Positions 1 through 12,038 of a stretch of 64,000 bases of DNA are shown here, one piece after another. The notes beneath the pieces were generated by a model. The model did not search any database. It saw only the letters and a list, made by a program, of their open reading frames with translations, and had not been told where the DNA came from. The stretch's first letter is position 1. The number at the start of each line of letters is the position of its first letter. The position numbers and the translations under genes were made by a program. Location: NCBI RefSeq assembly GCF_009914755.1, contig NC_060925.1. One strand, given 5' to 3'. The stretch is from the human T2T-CHM13v2.0 reference genome, Homo sapiens.

Positions 1-209
1 CTTACATGGATGGCAGCAGGCAGAGAGAGAACTTGTGCAGGGAAACTCCCTCTTATAGAACCATCAGATCTCATGAGACTTATTCACTATCACAAGAACA
101 GCACGGGAAAGACCTGACCCCATGATTCATTTACCTCCCACTGGGTCCCTCCCACAACACATGGGAATTCAAGATGAGATTTTGGTGGGGACACAGCCAA
201 ACCACATCA
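1..209 (-). mobile_element. THE1A-like LTR (3' LTR of the element; runs off the window start)
   Basis: Reverse complement begins TGATGTGGTTTGGCTGTGTCCCCACC and contains GCCATCCATGTAAG, which I recall as THE1A-type. On the minus strand it is preceded by the purine-rich tract GGGAGGGTCCAGGGGTGGAA. Confidence 0.9.
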
Positions 210-1857
210 TTCCACCCCTGGACCCTCCCAAATCTCATGTCCCTTTCACATTTCAAAATCAATCATGCCTTCCCAACAGTCCCCCAACGTATTAATTGAT
301 TTCAGCATTAACTCAAAAGTCCAAGACCAATATGACATCTAAGACAAGGCAAGTCCCTCTGCCTATGAGCCTGTAAAATAAAGAAACAAGTTAGTTACTT
401 CCTAGATAGAACGAGAGTACAGGCATTGGGTAAATACAGCCATTCCAAATGGGAGAATTTGGCCAAAACAAAGTGGCTACAGGCCCCATGTGAGTCCAAA
501 ATCCAGTAGGACACTTAAACCTCCAAAATTATCTCCTGTGACTTCATGTCTCACATCCAGGTCACACTGATACAAGGGGTGGGTTCCCATGGTCTTGGGA
601 AACTTCACCCCATGGCTTTGCAGGGTACAGCCTCCCTCCCAGCTGCCTTCACAGGCTAGCATTGGATGTCTGTGGCTTTTCCAGGCACATGATGCAAGCT
701 GTCAGTGGATCTACCATTCTGGGTTCTGGAGAACAGCGGCCCTCTTCTCACAGCTCCACTGGGTTGTGGCCCAGTAGGGCCTCTGTGTGGGGTCTCCAAC
801 CCCATATTTCCCTTTGACACTGTCCTAGCAGAGGTTCTGCATGAGGACTCCGTCCCTACAGCAAACTTCTGCCTAGGCATCCAGGTGTTCCCATACATAT
901 TCTGAAATCAAGGCAGAGATTCCCAAACCCCAATTCTTGACTTCTGTGCACTGACAAGCTCAACACCATGTGGAAGTTGCCAAGGCTTGGGGCTTGCACC
1001 CTCTGAAGGCACAGCCCAAGCCCTATGTTGGCCCCTTTCAGTCATGGCTGGAGTGACTGGGACTCAGGGCACCAAGTCCCTAGGCTGCACACAGCACAGG
1101 GACCCTGGGCCGGGCCCATGAAACCCCTTTTTCCTCCTAGGCCTCTGAGCCTGTGATAGGAGGGGCTGCTGTGAAGACCTCTGACACGCCCTGGAGACAT
1201 TTTCCCTATTGTCTTGAGGATTAACATTTGGCTCCTTGTTACTTATGCAAATTTCTGCAGCTGGCTTGAATTTCTCCTTAGAAAATGGGATTTTCTTTTC
1301 TATTACATTGTCAGGTTGCAAATTTTCCAAACTTTTATGCTCTGCTTCCCTTATAAAACTGAATGCCTTTAACAGCACCCAAGTCACCTCTTGAATGCTT
1401 TGCTGCTTAGAAATTTCTTCCACCAGATACCCTAAATCATATCTCGCAAGTTTAAAGTTCCACAAATCTCTAGGGCAGGGGCAAAATGCTACCAGTCTCT
1501 TTGCTAAAATGTTAAAAGTGTCACCTGTGCTCATCTCTCTCAAGTTCAACATTCCACAAATTTCTAGGACAGGGGCAAAATGCTGCCAGTTTCTTTGCTA
1601 AAACATAACAAGAGTCACTTTTGCTCCATTTTCTAACAAGTTCCTCATCTCCATCTGAGACCACCTCAGCCTGGATCTCATTATCCATATCATTATCAGC
1701 ATTGTGATCAAAGCCATTCAACAAGACTCTAGGAAGTTCCCAATTTTCCCACATTTTGCTGTCTGTTCCAACCTCTGCCTGTTACCCAGTTCCAAAGTCA
1801 CTTCCACATTTTTGGGTATCTTTCCAGCAGTACCCCACTCTACTGGTACCAATTTGC
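210..1857 (-). mobile_element. THE1A internal region (MaLR-int) with disrupted ORF relic
   Basis: Lies between two similar LTRs. ORFs 1064..1552 and 1521..1754 (LAAFCPCPRDLWNF..., EEISKQQSIQEVTWVLLKAF) resemble the MaLR internal ORF. Confidence 0.9.
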
Positions 1858-2213
1858 TGTATTAGTCTGTTTTCACACTGCTGATAAAGACATACCCGAG
1901 ACTGGGTAATTTATGCAGGAAAAAGGGTTTAACGAACTTACAGTTCCACATGGCTGGGGAGGCCTCACAGTCATGGAAGTAGGCAAGGAGGAGAAGTCAC
2001 ATTTTACATGGATGGCAGCAAGCAAAGAGAGAGAGCTTGTGAAGGGAAACTCCCCCTTATAGAACCATCAGATCTCATGAGACTTATTCACTATCATGAG
2101 AACAGCTTGGGAAAGACCTGCCCTCATGATTCAGTTACTTCCCTCCAAGTCCCTCCCACGACACATGGGAATTCAAGATGAGATTTGGATAGGAACACAA
2201 CCAAACCATGTCA
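1858..2213 (-). mobile_element. THE1A-like LTR (5' LTR)
   Basis: TGTATTAGTCTGTTTTCACACTGCTGATAAAGAC...CCAAACCATGTCA; about 87% identical by eye to 1-209 over the shared part. Confidence 0.92.
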
Positions 2214-2530
2214 CTGGATTATCTGGATGACCCCTAAATTTAATGACAAGTGTCCTTCTAAGAGAAGAAAGAGGAGAGACCTGGAGAGAAGAGAGAAAAG
2301 GCTACATGAAGAAAGAGGTAGATATTGCAGTGATGCTGCCACAAGCCAAGGGACACATGGAGCCACCAGAAACTAGAAGGGGCAAGGAAGGATCCTCCCC
2401 TAGAGCCTTCGGAGAGCATGGCCCTGACAACACATTGAGAATGGACTTCTGTCCTCCAGAACTGTGAGCCAATCCATTTCTATTAAGTCTCCAGTTTTTG
2501 GTCATTTGTTTTGACAGCCACAAGAAGTTC
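2214..2530 (+). mobile_element. MLT1 (B/C/D-like) LTR, 3' part; interrupted by the THE1A element
   Basis: GCCACAAGCCAAGG...CCACCAGAAACTAGAAG...CCTAGAGCCTTC...GGACTTCTGTCCTCCAGAACTGTGAG are MLT1 hallmarks. Confidence 0.8.
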
Positions 2531-2989
2531 ATGTGTGCTCCATGGCTGTCCATCACAACCACACAGAGGCCTTCCCAGGGTGGGGATGGCAGGTCATCTC
2601 ATGCTCTGCTCCTGCCCCTCATCTTGCTAATGTGGTACTGCAGAGTGCCCTGGGCTACATCCAGTGCACTTTCACCCCCGCACCTGCCTCTGGGCAGCTC
2701 ACCTGCTTGATGCCCTGCTCATTTGATCTTGTGGGTTGTCAACACTCATATAAAGGAATAGAGCAAAGGGACAGAGGGATTTGAGACAGGGAGGCCACCC
2801 TCTGGACCCCAAGTCCCCTCACCTTGACTCAATAGGGTGAATAGTGAGAGTGGGGTTAACAGTCCCTGCAGGTGAAGAACCCATCATTTGCTGTGCAATG
2901 CTGGCCTGTGGGCTTGCTGTGAGTCCAGCTGAAATACTGTGCTCTCAGTGAGGCTGGCACAGCACTGGGGGGTCTTCTCCGTGAAACTG

Positions 2990-3862
2990 CTTTCTTTTCT
3001 TTTCTTTTTTAGCTTTATTGAGGTATAGCTGATATACAAAAGAATTGCACACATTTAATTTGTACATGTTGTTGAGTTGGACATAGGCATACACTTGTTT
3101 TACCATCACTACAACCAAGATACTAAATATCTCCAGCACGTCCACAAATGTCCTTATGTTCTTTTGTAAGCTTGTTTGGGAGAAAAAATGATAAGGACAT
3201 TTAACATGAGGTCTACCCTTTTTATGTATTTTACAGCACACAGTACCATATTGTTAACTATAGTTACCATGTCATACAGCAGATCTCTATAACTTTTTTA
3301 TCTTGCATTATACAAACTTTGTACTCATTGAAAAATGATTCCACGCCGGGTGCACTGGCTTACGCCTGTAATCCCAACACTTTGGGAGGTTGAGGGTGAC
3401 AGATTGCTTGAGTCCAGAATTTCAAGACCAGCCTGGGCAACATGGAAAAACCTCATCTCTACAAAAACATACAAACAAAATTAGCTGGGCATGGTGGCTC
3501 ACACCTGTGATCCTAGATACTCTGGAGGCTGAGGTGGGAGGATCACTTGAGCCCAGGAGGTCAAGGCTGCTGTGAGCCCAGATTTCACCAACGCACTCCA
3601 GCCTGGGTGACAGAGGAAGACCCTGTCTCAAAAAAGGAAAAGAAAAAAAGAAAGAGGAAAGAAAAATGATTCCCCATTTCCCCTTCCCCCCAGCCCCGGC
3701 AACCATCATTCTACTCTCTGCTTCTGTGAGTTTGACTATCTTGGATAACTCTCCGTAAGTGGAATAACGCAGTATCTGTCCTGTGACTGCCTTATTTCAT
3801 GTAGCTGAATGTCCTCTACATTCATTCATGTTGTTGCAAATGGCAAGATTTCCCTCTTTTTT
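2990..3862 (-). mobile_element. L1MA/L1MB 3' end fragment, split by an Alu
   Basis: T-rich start then AGCTTTATTGAGGTATA..., CCCAGCCCCGGCAACCATCATTCTACTCTCTG and CATGTTGTTGCAAATGGCAAGATTTCC, typical of an antisense L1M 3'UTR. Confidence 0.8.
3345..3660 (+). mobile_element. AluJ
   Basis: Dimeric Alu with J-type GAGCCCAGGAGGTCAAGGCTGC and an A-rich tail. TSD GAAAAATGATTCC at 3330-3342 and 3661-3673. Confidence 0.93.
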
Positions 3863-4644
3863 ATTTTCTTTGCACCTATTCATTTAGGACAGGGGCCAGA
3901 CAGGAGCCAGGGGCTCAGGAGCCGGAACTTGCAGGAGACTCAGCAGCAGCCCTGGTGGAGCCTGCAGACCCTCAAATACCAGGTGTCTGGGGATGGAAGG
4001 CCCTGACCCAGCCCTTCAGTTGCTAAAAGAGGAGACAGAACTGAGGCCTGGGACTTCATGGGGCATCCCGCCTGCCCACGATAGGGGGTGGAGGACACCG
4101 GAAGCATCATCTCTGCTGCTGGCCCCTCCTCCCCTCCTGCGTCTCCTGCCCTTCCCCTTCCTCCAGTCCTCACATTGCAGCAGGAAGCCCCTCCCCTGTG
4201 GCCTCAGGGTGCTCTTGTTGTCCTCAGTGAAGTATTTAAGGGGCATAAAACTCACAAGCTCAGCATTCCCTGATGTCGTTCCCCACTGCCCCGTCTGGAA
4301 ACTGAGGCTAAGAAAGGTGGAGCTGGGAGAGAACAGAGCCAGAGTAAGAATCTTGCCCAGCCAGCCTCCAAAGCCTACTGTCCTGACACCTGCTGTGGCC
4401 ACTCTCCTGCCCACCCACACCCACTTCCCCACCATGCGGTGCCTTTTTTCTCTGGACCCCCAGAGCCCTGGAAGACCTGATGGAGGGAGGGAGGAAGACC
4501 CCACACGAGAGGGCTGCATCTACAGGGCCCAGGGACCCCACGTGAAAACACGGACGAACCCCATTTGAAATCATGCAGAGTAGCCATGAGGCTGTAGCAT
4601 TCATGGAAAGTCCCAAGGTAAAATAAATAATCTGTCCCAGTGCC

Positions 4645-5133
4645 TGTGTGGGCAGAATGCCCACCCCCTATCCCCGCCAAAAAATAAAATGTCCATGTCC
4701 TGATCCCTGAATCCTAGAATATGTTACGTTACATGGCAACAGAAAATTCAGGCTGCTAATCAGCTGACCTTCACACAAGCAGATGATCCTGCATTATCCA
4801 GGTAGGTCCTAAATGGAGAAGGACCCGTGTGTAATCATGAGGGTCCCTACACGGAGAAGAGGGAGGCAGGAGAGGAGCTCAGAGCACATGATGTGAGAAG
4901 AGCTCAGTGGCCAGTCCTGGCTTTAAAGATGGAGGAGGGGCCGTGGGCCAAGGAAGATCACAGATTCCCCACGAGAGCCTCCAGAAGGAGCACAGCCCTG
5001 AGACACATTTCATGAGACCCCCTGAGACCAGCATTGGACTTCTGGACTCCAGAACCGCAAAATGAAAAATTTGCATTGTTTTAAGCCACTAAGTTTGAGG
5101 TCATTTATTCCAATAGCAATAGAAACTCAGGCA
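4645..5133 (+). mobile_element. MLT1D/E-like solo LTR
   Basis: TGTGTGGGCAGAAT..., ATGTCCATGTCCTGATCCCTG, CTAATCAGCTGACCTT, TTTTAAGCCACTAAGTTTG...AGCAATAGAAACT. Confidence 0.82.
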
Positions 5134-5268
5134 GGGTCAAGCAGTACATCACTTAAGACCAGGAGAACTTGTTTAGCTTGGAAAACACAGCCCCATAAGC
5201 ACAGGGAACTCCGGATAATGGCAGCTGCAACTCCACCCAAGGATCCTGAGCATCATCTGTCAGCAAAT

Positions 5269-5400
5269 CTGGAGTCAGATACACCCAGGTTCTAATCCTG
5301 CTTGGCCACGTCCTCTTATTGTGATACTGGGCCATTTTCTTCACCTCTCCGAGGCTCCGTGTCTGCAAAATGAGAACACTGGGAACCCAAGCAGAGCTGC
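5269..5400 (+). mobile_element. MIR fragment
   Basis: CTGGAGTCAGA...GGTTCTAATCCTG...CTTCACCTCTCCGAGGCTC...CTGCAAAATG core. Confidence 0.6.
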
Positions 5401-5426
5401 TGTGCACAGTCTAAATAACGTGTGTG

Positions 5427-5910
5427 TGTGATTGTCAATGTTATGTGTCAACTGGACTGGGCTATGGGGTACCCAGTCATTTGGTTAAACATTATTTTGG
5501 GTGTTTTTGTGAGTGTGTTTCTGGATGAGATTAACATTTAAATCAATTGACTGAATAAAGCAGATGGCCGTTTATACTGGGGTGAGCCTCATTCCATCAG
5601 CTGGAGGAACAAGAATTCTGACCCTCCTCAGAATAAGAGAGAATTCCTCCCGCCTGTCTGCCTTTGAACTGGGCTGTCAGCATTTTCCTGCCTTTGGACT
5701 TGAATGAAAACATCAGTGCTCCCTGGCTCTCAGGGCTGCCAGGTTTCAGGCTGGAGCCACACCACTGGGTCTCCTGGCTCCCCAGCCTGCCCTCTGCAGA
5801 TCTCCAACTCCTCAGCCTCCGGAAGCATGGAGCCAATTCCTTATAATAAATCTCTGTCTATATTCATGCATCTTGTTAATTCTATTGTCTGGAAAATCCT
5901 GACTAACATG
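5427..5910 (+). mobile_element. MLT2 (ERVL) solo LTR, C/D-like
   Basis: TTATGTGTCAACTGGACTGGGCTATGGGGTACCCAG...CTGGATGAGATTAACATT...AATCCTGACTAA. Confidence 0.85.
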
Positions 5911-7769
5911 ATGTGCAGCGTGTCCAGTGCAGTGCCAGGCACAGAGACTTGCTCAGTCACTGGTGCAGGAGACACTGGGGGCTGGATTCTGTGCCCTGCC
6001 CACCACCACCGCTGATCAGAATGCCTGACCCACAGGAAGATCCCAAGGCGGCCAGCACATCAAGATGCGGGCACACTGTCCAGTTACTGCCTAGCATGAA
6101 GGCTGTTTTACTCCTTGCTCCTCTCACCAGTAAGAGAGGAGGCAACAGAAGCATGGCCGTCTGGGGTGCCCAGAGCTCTAGACAACTGAGCTGGGTGTTC
6201 GGTGATCCCACAATGCATCCCTGATGACCATGGTGCATGAAGGTGTGCAGAGTCAGGATCAGGGCTGGACAGGCAGGACTCTTCTCACTGGTCTTCAACC
6301 AGGCTTCCTCTGACCCTGGACTTCTAACTTTGAGTTTCACATATGTGTCTCCCTTCAGGCTCTAGGGGAAGTTGGGCTGATTCAGCTCTAGCTGGACAAG
6401 GTCACTGGGGTTTTTCCTCTGGCACTTCCCTGCCATGACCCTACACAGCATCCACGCAGGACAGAGCCTCCCTGACTCACTAACCTCTACCCAGGCTGCA
6501 GCCTCCCTCCAGAAGCTTGTTGCACTCCCATCCTCCCCAGGAGCCTCTTGAATTTCTGCTTTTGATGGCATTTCAAAATTGCCAGGCCACTAACTAGGGG
6601 AGTAATTAAAAGGAAAAAAAAGGAAGAAAGAAAAAGAAAAGCAAAAAGAAAAATTGTAGTTGCTCCCACAGCCATAGGGTTGTGTGCAGGGGGGACCAAT
6701 CCACAGATGTGCATTAACATACTGGGAAAATAGCATAAAGTACAGCCACCCGCCTGCCCGCCCAGGGTGCTTGGAATAAACCATATTTTTCCTGCTTCCT
6801 TCCATGTCAGAAGATAAATTGGAAGGGAAATGTTGGTGCAAAAGGACAGCTCAGAATTTAGCACCAAGCAGATTGTACCCTCAAGGAGGCTGCCAGCCTT
6901 CCCCATCCTCAGCTGACAGCTCCTGGGCATCCTGTACTTTGGCAATTTTCAAGGCCACCTGCCCCAGAAAGCCTGCTTGGGCTGCTCCACCATGCGACAG
7001 AGGTTGGGCATGCACCTGCTCCCGACCCAGGGCTGGCTCTGGCGTACCCAGGCGTGTTTTGTTTGGCTCACTGTGGCCAGACAGCAATTGCATTTGGTTC
7101 AGATCCACTCCACATGTTTCTCTTCCTTCTGAGACCAGTGGGGCCTGGGGCACATGCCAATGCCACACGTAGAAATGCCACACGTAGAAATTTTGTGCCA
7201 ATGCCACATGTAGAAATTCGCTCTGCCAGCTTTCTCTGTCCAAACCCTTGACATGGCTCTGACTTCACTCCTGCAGAAAAGTTGCAAGGACCACACAAGA
7301 AACTCCCATGGGTCCTTCACCCAGATTGGCTGGTGGCTCATCTTTAGTCTCATTTGCTTTGTCATTGCCCCTACCCCGCCATTTTTTCTGAGTACAGAAA
7401 TATTATCTTGCAGAGCCATGGCCTAATTATAAAAACATGAAATCAATATTGATACACTACAGGGATTGAATCTGTAGGACAAAATCGCATGTCATCTCTG
7501 GGTCCAGCCTCAGATCCAGGACCACACATTTCCTTGAGTTTCCCTGTCTGTCTAAGTTTCTTCAATCTAAAGTAGTTTCTTAGAATTGTTTCTCTTTTTC
7601 TTTAGACAATATCTCATTTTCATTATGGCAAGACCACAAACTGAGATAAACCCACTTAACAAATGTTTAAGTGTAGAATACATTATTGTTGGCTATAGGT
7701 ACAATGATGTTTTATAGAGCTTATGCAGTTTTATAGAGCTTATTCGTCTTTCTTTTTTAAAAATGCATA

Positions 7770-8060
7770 ATGAGCAGAATGTATTTCCCCATCATTCTGA
7801 AGGCTGGGAAGTTCAATACAAAGGTGCCAGCATCTGGTGGGGGCCTTCTTGCTGTATTGTCCCTGGGCAGAAAGCAACAGGGCCAGAGAACAGAGTAAGA
7901 GGGGCCTGAACTTGCCCTTTTATAATGACACCAATCCTACCAATGACAGTGGAGTCCTTATGGTTTAATCGCCTCCTAAAGGTCACACCTTTTAATACTG
8001 TTCCAAAGGCAATAAATTTCAACATGAGTTTTGGAGGGCACAAACATTCAAACCATAGCA
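7770..8060 (-). mobile_element. MSTD/MLT1A-like LTR fragment
   Basis: Ends TTTCAACATGAGTTTTGGAGGGCACAAACATTCAAACCATAGCA, the reverse complement of an MST/MLT1A 5' end. Confidence 0.8.
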
Positions 8061-8614
8061 ATGCATCATCAGCATGGGAATTAATGTCCAGCAAACTATA
8101 AGAAGCAGCCAGTTGAGACCTGGAAATAATTCCTTCCTAGGAGTAAAGAAAGATCAAGAAAAAAACATACTCAGCATCTACTCCATATAGAATCAACTGA
8201 AAATCGCCCAAGATATCACGCTTGGGGGGTGGGGAGTATCCATCCCCTCAGAATTTTCTCTTTCTCGATCTTGACATTTTGGAGTGTCAAGGCCAATTAC
8301 TTTTGGAGTAAGCCGCAGTGTCTGCGTGTTTGTGTTTTCCCATCACCAGGCTCCGTTTGTGCCTGTCCATCAGGGACGCCCAGGACAATGCCAGGACAAT
8401 GCTGCCCACTCCCCGTTGCCTGGGATCGGGAGGCGCGCTCCATCCCACACAGGCAGAGCTTTGATCTCCTGGTTAACGTTGCATCTGCCAGTCCCCTCCA
8501 CTCTGAAGTTACTCTTTGTCTTTTCATCGTTCATAAATAATTTGCAGAGATTTACTTTAATTCTCTATAAATACCATGTTCATGGCCAAACTTTCACCCA
8601 CTGGTTTCAGCCAC

Positions 8615-8994
8615 TATATTAGTCCATTCCCACTCTGCTATAAAGACATACCTGAGACTGGGTAATTTATAAAGAAAAGAGTTTTAATTGGCTCACAGTT
8701 ATACAGGCTATACAGGAAGCGTGGCTGAGGGAGGCTTTAGGAAACTTACAATCATGGTGGAAGGGAAAGAAGAAGTCAGCACATCCCACATCATTGGAGC
8801 AGGAGGAAGAGAGCAAAGGGGGAGGTGCTACACACTTTCCAAACAAGCAGATCTTGTGAGAACTCACTATTATGAGAACAGCAAGGGGAACTCCACCCCA
8901 TGATCCAGTCACCTCTCACCATGTCCCTCCTCCAACACAGGGGATCACAATTCAACATGAGATTTGGGTGGGGACACAGAGCCAAACCATATCA
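8615..8994 (-). mobile_element. MSTA-like solo LTR
   Basis: TATATTAGTCCATT...CTGCTATAAAGACATACCTGAGACTGGGTAATTTATAAAG...GAGCCAAACCATATCA. Confidence 0.88.
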
Positions 8995-9069
8995 AGTGCC
9001 CATTAATGACGTCCTGCATCCTTTCTTTTCTGTTAAGTGGGATCTTAATGTAAAGAGAGCTTCTCCTTC

Positions 9070-9340
9070 TCCTCAGTGTGTTTATATATTCACTCATTTA
9101 TTTATATCAATGTGGATTCATTGGTTTTATTTTATTCATTGGGCTATAATCCATTCCAACTGTTACTTATTTTGATGCTCAATTTGTCCCATATTTGGCC
9201 AGTGGCAGCCCCCCACAAGCCAGTTCCTGTGTCCTTGTCTTTTGACAGCTGATCATTCTTCAAGCACTTCTTTACTTTCGAATGCAGTAAGAGATTTCAG
9301 TTCACCTTATGCTTCCCTGCCTCAGCCCTGGAATCAGCAC
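9070..9340 (-). mobile_element. L1MC/L1ME 3' fragment
   Basis: TTTGATGCTCAATTTGTCCCATATTTGGCCAGTGG...CCCTGGAATCAGC resembles an old L1M 3'UTR. Confidence 0.6.
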
Positions 9341-10477
9341 ACAGACGCAGCAGTGTGCACACCAACCATTGGCAGGACAGAGGGGGTCGACTGACCTTGC
9401 TGGCCCGTAGCAAGCTCCAGGTTGAGAGGGGTCCTGCTACGGTATGGGCTCTCTGGAGGGAGCGTTGCCTGGTTTAAATGCGGCCGTAGGGGGATCAATC
9501 AATGATATCCTAGGCCCTGCCAGCTCTGACATTTGAAAGAAGTTGGTCCGTCAGTACAAAAAGCCCTTTAAAGATTCATAGCTCTTTGTAGATGTCAGGG
9601 CTTATTGTGGGGCCCGGAAAGTCAGCACCCCAGTTTGCACTGCTCCTCCAGGCTGTCATTAGAAAGGGTTCTAGACACCCTGTTGTGTGTTATAAATGGA
9701 TGGCCGAGGCCAGGAGGGGCGGGAAGGTGCAGCGAGGCTCTTCCTCCACTTCCTCTTCATCTCCAAGATGAAGGAGAAAGTTTGAACTCACAGATCTTGG
9801 CTGTGGGTGGAGGAACCAAGAAACTGCATGAATTGCTCTTTCTTCCCACTCTCTGGTTACCATCTGCTGGCTGAGGGTCTCAGTGCAAATCCCAAGTCCT
9901 ACTGAACTGGAAATGATTTGTTACATAATGCAATATTAAGGCCATAAATCTTCCCAGGAGCGGAACCCATAAACCCTGGTTTTTATTATCCAGTTACTGA
10001 ACAGATCCTGACTGTTCTTTCATTGCAGCACAATTATCCTACAATTGCTGTTACATTGTTAAGTAAACAGTGTGCCGGGAGCGGCAATTCCAGGGCTCAT
10101 CAGTACATCAACAAACACAGGAGCGAGGGAGGCCCAGAGCTCAGGGAAGGGACAGGACAGGGGTGCAGGTGGCCGGAGCCTGGATGCTGAAATTCATCAG
10201 GCTCCATGCCTGTCTGCTGTGCAGAGGAACCTCCTTGGTGGCCAGCCCCTCTCATCGCAGCAGGGTGGATGAAGCTGTGGGTGGCAGAAGGAGGGAGAAT
10301 CAGGACCCAGGCCAGCTCTGCAACCAGAACAACACAGAGCATGTGGGGCTCCCCATAGACACAGGGGCACGAGGCTGTCATTCCCATGGATATGGCTGGG
10401 GCCCCTCTCATGAGCTGGTGAGCACATGCCTGAGGTGCAGAGAGCCATGCAAACTCCTGTGGCTCTTTTTTTTTAAC

Positions 10478-10860
10478 ACAAATGTTCATAGCATCTTTAT
10501 TTATAACAGCCCCAACCTGGAAATAGCCCAGAAGTCCATCCATAGGAGAATGGATAAACCAACTGCAGTGTGTTCATAAAATGGAACCAACTAATGATGC
10601 TCCCACTGGCATAGAGGAATCTCAAACCGACGACGATGGCCCCAAGAAGCCAGAACAAGAGTGCAGGCTGGAGGGGTCCAGTTCAATGAAGTTCCACAAC
10701 AAGCTAAATGAATCTCTAATTTTAAAAATTCAGGCCACGGGTTCCCTGGGGGATTGAGGAGACAGGGGCAGGAGGGGCTCTCTGGAGTCCTGGCAATGTC
10801 CTATGTCTTGATAGGAGTGCCAGTTGCACATTGTCAAAACTCACTAAAGGGCATCTCCTG
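10478..10860 (+). mobile_element. L1M 3' fragment
   Basis: AATGTTCATAGCATCTTTATTTATAACAGCCCCAACCTGGAAA...AGAATGGATAAAC. Confidence 0.7.
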
Positions 10861-11548
10861 GATTCGAGTTTCAAAAATGAAGCCGCTGGGGCAATGGAGC
10901 AGAGACTGCTTGGCTTCATCTCCAGAATGTTCCCCTCTTGGGCAGTGTAATGAGGCCAAAAGCCTGGAAATGCACCTGTGGGTCCTCGTCCACACCAAGG
11001 CACAACTGAAGAATCAGGGCAGCCTACTACAGGGTGAAGGCCAGTTCTTCTCTAAAATGGTCACTCATCCAACATCGCCACCCGAGGGTGGGATTTGGCA
11101 CGGCAGATGGGAACAGGTGTTTCCAGACCTGTTAGCTTACCCCTGCTGAGTGCAAGTTGGAAGTTGGGCTTTGGGAGCAATGCACTAAAATGACTCGATG
11201 TCAGACACTCCAGGAACAAGACCATGTTTTATTTGATAGCATTTGTTCTCTATGAAACATTTGCACATCTCCTTTCTTGTTTTGTTTTCCTCCAGGGTGG
11301 CACCATGGGACAGCTGGGGCAAAGAACTTCATGGCTGTGGATGCAGCAGGAACCTGCAGCTCAGCAGAGCTGAGTGGGCCCAGCCCAGGGCTGACCCAGG
11401 AGGTAGCAAGAAGCTGAGACCCAACCACAGGCTCCCCGGGCTCCAGCTTCTTCCGTTCCTCTTTTCTTAAAAATGGAAAGATAGAAATGAAAAAGCAAGC
11501 TAGATAGAAGCACATTCATATGTTCAAAGGCAAAATGTGCTCTCCATC

Positions 11549-12038
11549 TGTGGCAGGCAGGATAATAGCCCCCACAGATGTCCACGTCCTAATCCCTAGG
11601 ACCCGTGAAGGTGTCTGGTTCCATGGCAAAGGGGAATTCAGCTTCCTCATCAGCTGACCTTGAGCTGGGGAGATGATCCTGGATTATCCAGGTGGGCCTA
11701 GCACAAGGGTCCTTAAAGGTAGAAGAGGGAGGTGGGAGAGTCAGAGCCAGAGACATGGCAGTGTGAGAAGGACGCAGCTGGTGGTTGCTGGCTTTGCAGA
11801 TGCAGGAAGGGGCTGCAAGCCCAGGGATGCAGGCGGCCTCTGGAAGCTGGAACAGGTGAGGAGATGGCTTCTCCCCTAGTGGCTTCAGGAGGAACACAGC
11901 CCCACCAACAGTGTGGTTACAACCCAGCCATACCCATTTTGAACTTCTGATCTCCAGAAGTATACAGTAATAAATATGCGTGGTTTAAGTGACTATAGCT
12001 GTGATCTTCATTACAGCTGTAATTGGAAAATTTAATAC
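11549..12038 (+). mobile_element. MLT1D-like solo LTR
   Basis: TGTGGCAGGCAGGATAATAGCCCCCACAGATGTCCACGTCCTAATCCC...CTGGATTATCCAGGTGGGCC...GAACTTCTGATCTCCAGAA. Confidence 0.88.

Noticed and set aside
1064-1754. 162-aa and 77-aa ORFs
   Set aside because: Relics of the THE1 internal ORF, frameshifted by the 94-bp duplication; not a host gene.
7709-7743. 16-bp direct repeat GTTTTATAGAGCTTAT; similar 11-bp duplication at 8380-8401
   Set aside because: Ordinary slippage micro-duplications with nothing further to support function.
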